A stretch of DNA of 64,000 nt from Eledone cirrhosa. Taxonomy: Eukaryota. Made by a program: the position numbers and the translations under genes. The stretch lies in the NCBI GenBank assembly GCA_964016885.1, contig OZ024742.1:110236001-110300000 (forward strand). Direction: 5' to 3'. Below the pieces are notes generated by a model, which saw only the letters and a program-made list of their open reading frames with translations, was not told the origin of the DNA and ran no database searches. This document shows, one piece after another, positions 54,660-64,000 of this stretch. Every line of letters starts with the position of its first letter. The first letter of the stretch is position 1.

Positions 54660-55722
54660 GCTGGTGAATTCGAGAAGGAGAGGGGTGCCCTTCCCGGGTG
54701 CCCTAGGAGCGTCGGGTGGCTCAGGACTGGTGGGGTGCTTGAGTCAACCCTGGGTGGTGATCCCTCTTATTGGGGAACTTTCATTGTTGTATTTTTATTG
54801 TTATTTTGTTTTTTTTGTTATTTATACTTACTCGATCTCTATGTAAACCCCCACTGTCCCTGTCTATTGTGTTGTCCCCTATATGTCGGCCCTTGTGGCC
54901 AATAAATGAAATCATTATTATTATTGTTGTTGTTGTTATTGTTATTGTTGTTGTTGTTATTGTTTCTGTTGTTGCTGCTGTTGCTGTTATTGTTATTGTT
55001 GCTATTCTTCTTATTATTGTTGTTACTATTGTTGTTGCTGCTGTTGTTGCTGCTGTTGTTGCTGCTGTTGTTGTTATTGTTGCTCTTGTTGTTGTTATTG
55101 TTGCTATTCTTCTTATTATTGTTGTTACTATTGTTGTTGCTGCTGTTGTTGCTGCTGTTGTTGTTATTGTTGCTCTTGTTGTTGTTATTGTTGTTCTTAT
55201 TGTTATTGTTGTTATCGTTGTTGTTGTTATTGTTGTTGTTATTGTTGTTGTTATTGTTGTTGTTATTGTTGTTATTGTTATTGTTGTTGGCGTTGCTGCT
55301 GTTGTTTGTTCCATTCTCCCTCTTTTAGTTATCGTTATAGCTATTATTATTGTTGCTGTTGCCTTTGCCGTGTTTGTTGTGCTTATTTGTTGTTGTTGCT
55401 GTTGCTGTTCATGGGTATATTTGACGTTTCAATTGTTCTAATTTCATCCCTTCATCACCAATTCCCCACCCCCTCAATGTGTCTCCTGTGTCCCGTTCTC
55501 CCCCTCCAAACTCTCGTTAATATATTTGTCTAGCTGTCGCCTCTCTCTCTCTCTCTCTCTCCCTCTCTCACACATACACACGCACATACATTCACACAGT
55601 GACACACATACACACACACATGCATACAAACACTCACACATCTATGTATGTGCGTTTGTATGCATGTATATATATATTTATATTTATATATATTCATATA
55701 TATATAAGTATATATGTATATG

Positions 55723-56444
55723 TGTTTACAAACACACCGAGCATTATAATAAATCTTTGGTGAACCCATACGTACATATATATATATATGTGTGCATGTA
55801 TGTATATATATATATACATACTACTGTACGTCTGTATACATATATGTATGTACGTATACATACTTATATTTAAGTAACAGCCGTACTAAGAGTGGGAAAT
55901 GAAATTTCGTTTCATTTTTTTCCGTTTATCGTGTTCGGTGCGCCCGGCCGATTAACTCACTCGATATGCAAATTAAGCTACTCAGCCGTTAATACGCATA
56001 AGGAAAGTATATACTTTCAGACGTTCAATCATCTGGCAGGAAGGTATACGTTGCTGACGATAGCTAATAAGCTTGAAACTAGTACAGCGTTCCTTTGTCA
56101 GGGTTGAACAAATGAACAACGATGGTTGCTAGACACTGTACGGCTTAATTCGGGATGTTTGTTTACAAACACACCGAGCATTATAATAGATGTTCGGTGA
56201 ATCCATACGTACATATATGTATATGTGTGCATGTATGTATATATATATACATACTACTGTACGTCTGTATACATATATGTATGTACGTATACATACATAT
56301 ATGTATATGTGTGCATGTATGTATATATATATACATACTACTGTACGTCTGTATACATATATGTATGTACGTATACATACTTATATTTAAGTAACAGCCG
56401 TACTAAGAGTGAGAAATGAAATTTCGTTTCATTTTTTCCGTTTA
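55723..56444 (+). mobile_element. Family E retrozyme-like partial tandem (437-bp unit, ~1.5 copies)
   Basis: TGTTTACAAACACACCGAGC at 55723 and 56160; single hammerhead; ends CCGTTTAT then (TA)n. Confidence 0.8.
56048..56090 (+). ncRNA. Minimal type-I hammerhead ribozyme
   Basis: acgttg-CTGACGA-t-agct-aata-agct-t-GAAA-CTAG-TA-cagcgt. Confidence 0.8.
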
Positions 56445-56723
56445 TATATATATACGATAAATTAACGGAGCCATAGACTCTCGTTATTCGCTGTCAATAA
56501 TGTGCTCAAAGGAAAAGGTATCCTGAGCTCTTTAAAATACAATATGTTGAAAAGGTAACACACTAGAGAGAGATAGTGCGCCATCAACAAAACAGGGAAA
56601 AACCACCAGTGTATGGAATCTATAACATATGAAGGCAGGGTAGACACAATAATTAAATATATATATTAAAATGTATATACGCACCTCTATAACTATATAA
56701 CACACGCGTACAAAACCATATGT

Positions 56724-56777
<54 letters not shown>

Positions 56778-56781
<4 letters not shown>

Positions 56782-57639
56782 TAAAGTTGGTCCTTCATCA
56801 GTGATCTTCCAACCATCATCGGTATTTCTTCGCTTTAAAGACCATATACCCCCGGTTGGTGCGAGCAACGGCTAAAGAAAGTCGTTGGGACACGTAAATA
56901 AAGGGAACAGCGAGAGTGTAAACAAACAAAGATGGTAAAGCAACGAAAAGTGAGGAAGAACGAGTCAAGTCCCAAATTTCCATGAATATAAGTTCGGTGA
57001 AATCGTGAACGAGAGAGAATAAAGACCATCAAACCTGGTTGAAATGTGAGCAAGGAAGGAATTCCGCACAGGTCAAACGGGAGGAAGAAGGAGTCTAGTC
57101 TGTGAATTCGGTGAACATAAGTTCTGTGAAATCGTAGACGAGAGAGAGAAAAAAAGGGAACCGGCCTGGCCAAGCGTGCGAAAGAAAAGAATTACGCACA
57201 GGTCAAACGGGAAGAAGGAGGAGGAGGAGAGGTAGTAACAGAGAGTGAGTGAGTGAAGGGTGAGGAAGAGGCTAACAGAGAGAGTAACTGTTAGAGAGGG
57301 TAAAGATACAGAGAAAGAGGAAGCAGTAAGAACGAAATAGACGGGTCACAGCGGGGGAAAAATATATGTGTAAATATGAGAATAAACGTGCTGCGTGGTT
57401 GCAAATGGGTTACATATGAATAAAGTTGATCCTTCATCAGTGATCTTCCAACCATCATTGGTATTTCTTCGCTTTAAAGACCATATACCTCAGGTTGGTG
57501 CGAGCAACGGCTAAAGAAAGTCGTTGGGACACGTAAATAAAGGGAACAGCGAGAGTGTAAACAAACGAAGATGGTAAAGCAACGAAAAGTGAGGAAGAAC
57601 GAGTCAAGTCCCATATTTCCATGAATATTTCGGTGAAAT
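56778..57639 (-). mobile_element. Family F partial tandem (639-bp unit, ~1.35 copies)
   Basis: ~220-bp direct repeat at 56778 and 57417; homologous to 37941-38540; TA-flanked. Confidence 0.75.
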
Positions 57640-57654
57640 ATATATATATGCCAC

Positions 57655-57800
<146 letters not shown>

Positions 57801-58322
57801 GTATATATATAAATATAAAGACAGAGAGAGTGAGAGAGAGAGAACCATGTGATAAACAAAGTTACAATGAATGACGAATAGTGATAGATTGCTCTCTCTC
57901 TCTCTCATTCGCTCTCTTTCTATCACTCTCTCTCTATACATTATATATTATATATATATAATCATACAGTCTAGAGTCACCTCACATATTCTCTCCACAA
58001 TCTTGTAACACATGCAATAGCTCACACAACACATTCATTTACTATGGTATCACATCAAAATCTCTGTCAACAACATAAATATCTAATACTTACATTCTTA
58101 AATCTCTCTTCTTTTGATGTTCTCTCACTTAAATTTTACATTTATTCACCTTAATGTCTTTATTTCTATTTATTTAGATGTTCCATTTACATTAGACACA
58201 CGCATACACACACGAATACACACACACACGCACACACACACACATACACACACACACATGTATAAAGTGATTGTGTATGCGATCTATCTATCTATCTATC
58301 TATCTATATAACTAAAGAAATA

Positions 58323-58433
<111 letters not shown>

Positions 58434-58471
58434 CTATATATCTATCCCTCTAACCCCCCTCTCTCTCTCTG

Positions 58472-58502
<31 letters not shown>

Positions 58503-59151
58503 CGTAAAATAAGAAAATTATAAAATTAACTTACTTACTTAAATTTCACTCCCAACTAATTAGTTTCTGAAAGGGATTAAACGTACTTTCCGAAGAGAGC
58601 ACGGAGAAGCCTTTCGTCATCAGGGAAGTCTATTCTCAGCTAAGTTTCCAGGCAATACGTGCACACAGGGAACTTTATATATATATATATGTTTATCTCC
58701 TGATGATTTCCAACCTCGTTGATTTATCCAAGATCGGATATATCCCAAAACGGAATGAAACTGCCGGTAGTAGAGATGTATTGATGAGTTTGGTATGTTT
58801 ATGTGCATTTTTTCTTCTAACTTTGATTTTGCAACTAATTATGTATGGTTAACTATATGTCTAGTCAATTTCTACAGGCTATCAGAAATAATGGGTAAAT
58901 TTTCTATAGCTGTGAATCGCGGATAAAGAGCTGTATCATTCTCTTCATAGGTATATTTAAAACCTATCGCCTCGTTTAAATGATTTTTTGTGTGGTTAAT
59001 TTATCACATATACTATCCCACTATTTCCCTATGCCACTCTCCCCGAACACCTCTCACCACCTCAGCTTTCTTCTATGGATCACATAGTGTCACTGTCTAT
59101 TCTCATATAAACCTTCTTTCAATCTCTTTACATTTCTTTCTAACAATCTCC

Positions 59152-59735
59152 CATAAACGGAAAAAATGAAATTTCATTTCTCACTCATAGTACGGCTGAT
59201 ACTTAAATATAAGTATGTATACGTACATACAAATATGTATACAGACGTACAGTAGTATGTATATACATACATACATGCACACATATATATATGTACGTAT
59301 GGGTTTACCGAACATTTATTATAATGTTCGCCTTGTTTGTAAACAAACAGCCCGCATTAAGCCGTACAGAGTTCGGCAACCATCGTCGCACTTTTGTTCA
59401 ACACTGACAAAGGAACGATGTACTAGTTTCAAGCTTACTAACTATCGGCAGCATCGTATATCTTCCTGTCAGAGGATTGATGCTGACGATAGCTAATAAG
59501 CTTGAAACTAGTACATCGTTCCTTTGTCAGTGTTGAACAAAAGGGCAACGATGGTTGCCGAACTCTGTACGGCTTAATGCGGGCTGTTTGTTTACAAACA
59601 AGCCGAACATTATAATAAATGTTCGGTAAACCCATACGTACATATATATATGTGTGCATGTATATACATACTACTGTACGTCTGTATACATATATGTATG
59701 TACGTATACATACTTATATTTAAGTATCAGCCGTG
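59152..59735. mobile_element. Family E fold-back pair; hammerheads at 59478-59518 (+, intact) and 59415-59457 (-, core CTGCCGA)
   Basis: Long inverted arms on either side of ~59470. Confidence 0.8.
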
Positions 59736-59929
59736 TACATCTGTATATATATATATGTATGTACGTATACATAGTTATATAATCTCCCATAATTTCTCCA
59801 TATGACTTACATCTGGCTCTCTGTCCTTTCATTCATACATCTCTCTATCTCTATCTCATCATATCTCCGATAGTTATGACACATCGACAGTCAAATCGAA
59901 CCGAAGAAACAATGTTTTTAATTGCTAAT

Positions 59930-60076
59930 ACTCTCTATTGGTCGCAACTCCAGCTAGAAGGAGTAACGTAAAATAAAGTGTCTTGCTCAAGGACATAACG
60001 CATCGCCCGGTCTGGGAATCGAACTCACAACCTCACGATTGCGAATCCAATTCTCTAACCACTCAGCCACGTGCCT
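59930..60076 (-). mobile_element. tRNA-derived SINE of a second family
   Basis: GGCACGTGGCTGAGTGG (A box) .. GAGTTCGATTCC (B box) .. GTGTCCTTGAGCAAGACAC-type core. Confidence 0.75.
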
Positions 60077-60244
60077 TATCACACATGTATGACTATATAT
60101 ATAACATACATAGTCTCACATACCTCTGTATATTTATATATAATTCTATCTTTGTGTCGACTAGTTTCCTTCTCTCTCTATATATATATATGTTCTTGTA
60201 TATCCATATATATATTTTCTAGTATATCTATATTTCTGCATCAT

Positions 60245-60323
<79 letters not shown>

Positions 60324-60325
<2 letters not shown>

Positions 60326-61035
60326 GATATTAAATAAATGGAAACTATATTTATAAAACCATATTTATTTCATTATATATATTTCAGGGATATCATATTA
60401 ACAATATGTTATGCCTTCCTCAGACAAAATACAATATAGACAGTTTTATAGATAAATAGATTTGACATACCGTTCAACATCGACTTGTATTTGAAAAAGT
60501 TGATTTGGCAGTGAAAAAATTGTAAACAGAAAGAAAGAAAGAGAGAAAGAAGGAAAGAAAGAAAGAAAACGAAGAAAAAGAAGAAAAAGAAGAAATACAT
60601 GCAACAAAATAGAGAGATGGAATGATAGATAAAGAGAAGAACTTCATGTAAAGAAACAGAGAGAGATATATATAGAGAGAGGAAATAGATAGAGATAGAT
60701 ATATATAGAGAAAAGTAGGTAGTTGAACATCCGTTGAATGAACGTATCAATGATACATTTATTTATTTATTTATTTATTTAGCTCTAGTATTAATGTAAG
60801 GGAGATATATGTGGTTAGGAAAAAAACTGTCTATATTGTATTTTGTCTGAGGAAGGCATAACATATTGTTAATATGATATCCCTGAAATATATATAATGA
60901 AATAAATATGGTTTTATAAATATAGTTTCCATTTATTTAATATCGTAAGTATACTCTAAATACTTGTTGAGTGCTTTTATATCAGTTATAAATATTTACT
61001 AGTTGTAACCCAACAATTTAAATATAACTTTCCAT
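60324..61035 (+). mobile_element. Family B variant with ~122-bp inverted arms; hammerheads at 60839-60904 (+) and 60366-60431 (-)
   Basis: tattttgt-CTGAGGA-aggcataacatatt-gtt-aatatgatatccct-GAAA-TATATA-TA-atgaaata. Confidence 0.8.
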
Positions 61036-61067
61036 AAATATATATATATATATATATATGTTATATG

Positions 61068-61175
<108 letters not shown>

Positions 61176-61300
61176 CACTGTCAGATCAACCAATACATGC
61201 TAATGTGCTTTTCACATAAGTAATCCTAAACGCACACACAAACGCCTACCCATCCAGAAAACACACACACACACACTCACATATACATACATACATACCT

Positions 61301-61387
<87 letters not shown>

Positions 61388-61389
61388 AA

Positions 61390-62045
61390 TACGATATATT
61401 AACAAATGGAAACTATATTTATAAAACCATATTTATTTCATTATACATATTTCAAGGACACCAAGTCAAATTATGGTGCGTTTTCATCAGATAAAATATA
61501 ATATAGATCAGTTTTATAAATAAATATTGACATACTCTTAAAGACCATTTCTGTTGGAAGCTCCCGGATAGTGGGGTTATTAAATTTATTTAGTCTATTA
61601 TGCAAATTAGTGTCGGATATGTTTAAATCACAGTAGATTTAAAATAGGCCGTTGGAGTATGGAAAAAGAAAAAAGGAAAAGAGAAAGAAAAGAAAAAAAA
61701 GAAAAAGAGAAAAGAAACTGTGATTTAAACATATCCGACACTAATTCGCATAATAGACTAAATAAATTTAATAACCCCACTATCCAGAGCTTCCAACAGA
61801 AATGGTCGCATTCTTTAAGGGTATGTCAATATTTATTTATAAAACTGATCTATATTATATTTTATCTGATGAAAGCGCACCATAATTTGACTTGGTGTCC
61901 TTGAAATATGTATAATGAAATAAATATGGTTTTATAAATATAGTTTCCATTTGTTAATATATCGTATTTTTACTCCAATTGAGTGCTTTATATCAGTTAT
62001 AAAAATATTTGCTTGTTGTATCCCAACAATTTAAATATAAGTTCT

Positions 62046-62048
<3 letters not shown>
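61390..62048 (+). mobile_element. Family B element with ~245-bp inverted arms; hammerheads at 61858-61922 (+) and 61434-61498 (-)
   Basis: Arms ~61390-61634 / 61717-61965; same ribozyme as 24263. Confidence 0.8.
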
Positions 62049-62141
<93 letters not shown>

Positions 62142-62205
62142 TTATATGTATAAATATGTTTATGTATATGTACATATATATATATGTATATTTATTTATA
62201 CATAA

Positions 62206-62283
<78 letters not shown>

Positions 62284-62289
<6 letters not shown>

Positions 62290-62613
62290 GTGAGGTTTTT
62301 TTTACAAAATGAAAAATAACCGAGGTGTCCTACACGAGTGAAAGTATAAAGAAAAAGAGATGAAATCGAAAATGCAACTGGAGTCTTATTTAAAAAAAAA
62401 ATATATATATTTATTTGGTTCCTTTACCGGTTTCGCAGTTCTTCTGCTTTTCAAAAGGTGAGTTGAGATGGAGGGTCTGAAAAACCACAGACCCTCCATC
62501 TCAACTCACCTTTTGAAAAGCAGAAGAACTGCGAAACCGGTAAAGGAACCAAATAAATATATATATTTAAAAAAAAAATAAGACTCCAGTTGCATTTTCG
62601 ATTGCATCTCTTT

Positions 62614-62617
<4 letters not shown>
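62284..62617. mobile_element. Family D fold-back; U3-A8 hammerheads at 62509-62546 (+) and 62421-62458 (-)
   Basis: cctt-TTGAAAA-gcag-aagaa-ctgc-GAAA-CCGG-TA-aagg; arms ~62352-62479 / 62488-62617. Confidence 0.8.
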
Positions 62618-62650
<33 letters not shown>

Positions 62651-62725
62651 AAAAAGTATGACCCCGACGGCAGAGCTCAAGCCGTTTCGACGGCTATTTC
62701 TGGAAATTTATATTTAAATATAAAT

Positions 62726-62847
<122 letters not shown>

Positions 62848-62898
62848 CTATATCTATATGATATATATCTATATCTATATCTCTCTCTATATATATAT

Positions 62899-62939
<41 letters not shown>

Positions 62940-62950
62940 GATATATATAA

Positions 62951-63140
62951 GTTATTCCGGGTTGAATCGGAGATAACCACAGTAAGTAAGGTACTCAATA
63001 CATAACAGAGTATAAATATTTTAATATAGAAGAGCTTCTACACGACTAGAACTGTTTCATTCGTGAGAAATCATCAGATAAAACAGTTCTAGTCCTGTAT
63101 GAAACAGTTCTAGACCTGTAGAAACGCTTCTATATTAAAA
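62951..63140 (-). mobile_element. Family A element with inverted and stuttered 5' junction
   Basis: Minus strand reads CTGATGA-tttctcacgaat-GAAACAGTTCTAGTC. The plus arm repeats AAACAGTTCTAG twice. Confidence 0.7.
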
Positions 63141-63229
63141 AAAAAATATATATATGTATATATATAAGTATATATATATGTATATATATATGTATATATG
63201 TATGTATATATTTGTATATATAGGTACAT

Positions 63230-63317
<88 letters not shown>

Positions 63318-63320
<3 letters not shown>

Positions 63321-63750
63321 TGAACGTCTGAAAGTATATACTTTCCTTATGCATATTAACGGCCGAGCAGCCTAATTTGGATATCGAGTGAGTTTAGTCG
63401 GCCGTGCGCACCGATATGCAAATTAGGCTGCTTAGCTGTTAATATGCATAAGGAAAGTATATACTTTCAGACGTTCAACCATCTGGCAGGAAGGTATACG
63501 ATGCTGATGATAGCTAATAAGCTTGAAACTAGTACATCGTTTCTGTGTCAGTGTTGAACAAAAAGGTGATCTGGTTGCCTAAACACTGTACGGCGTAATT
63601 CGGGCTGTTTGTTTGTTTACAAACAAACCGAGCATTATAATAAATGTTCGGTAAACCGATACGTGCATATATATATGTGTGCATGTATGTATATATATAC
63701 ATACTACTCTACGTCTGTATACATATATGTATGTACGTATACATACTTAT
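63318..63750 (+). mobile_element. Family E element with inverted 5' arm; hammerhead at 63498-63540
   Basis: acgatg-CTGATGA-tagctaataagctt-GAAA-CTAG-TA-catcgt. Confidence 0.8.
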
Positions 63751-64000
63751 ATATATATATATATGTATATATACATACATATATATATACAAATATGTAT
63801 ATAAATACGTATGTACATATAATATATAAATATATATGTAGATATATATGTATATATATATGTGTGCGCGTGTGTGTATATAAGACATTCAGATTATATT
63901 TTTTCTAAATTATTTTAATTTTTTTATTTTTGAATCTTTTTTTAAAAGTTATTATACAGATATGTATAAACGTTTCTATGTAAGTATGTATATGCAGGTT

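Larger units (their letters stand above)
49089..54912 (+). mobile_element. Full-length Tx1-like (L1 clade) non-LTR retrotransposon
   Basis: 5' UTR, ORF1, ORF2 and 3' UTR with AATAAA. Splits a degenerate (GTT/ATT)n array (48767-49088, 54913-55410). Confidence 0.92.

Overview
Repeat-dense, AT-rich eukaryotic DNA with no recognisable host exon. The SINE family and microsatellite make-up suggest an octopus or related cephalopod, which is an inference. Most short ORFs in the track are microsatellite translations. Real coding capacity belongs to transposons: a near-intact Tx1-like L1-clade LINE (49089-54912), a young 5'-truncated Dong/R4 RLE-LINE inside (TAA)n (273-2926), a cluster of R4-like LINEs all inserted in one orientation in (TATG)n arrays (13.7-20.3 kb), RTE fragments, a DD34D mariner (39864-41155) and many tRNA-derived SINEs, including a 4x202 bp tandem. 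The least obvious signal is a set of short non-coding elements, from roughly ten families and singletons, mostly embedded in (TA)n. They carry type-I hammerhead ribozyme motifs: CUGANGA or the compensatory UUGANAA core, stem II, GAAA, often a palindromic stem III, and the NUH site. They occur as inverted (fold-back) pairs or as 1.1-1.5-mer partial tandems, some with permuted ends. This fits non-autonomous Penelope-like, retrozyme-type elements that may propagate through circular RNAs. Element classes partition by microsatellite type. All structures were folded and aligned by eye; no searches were run.
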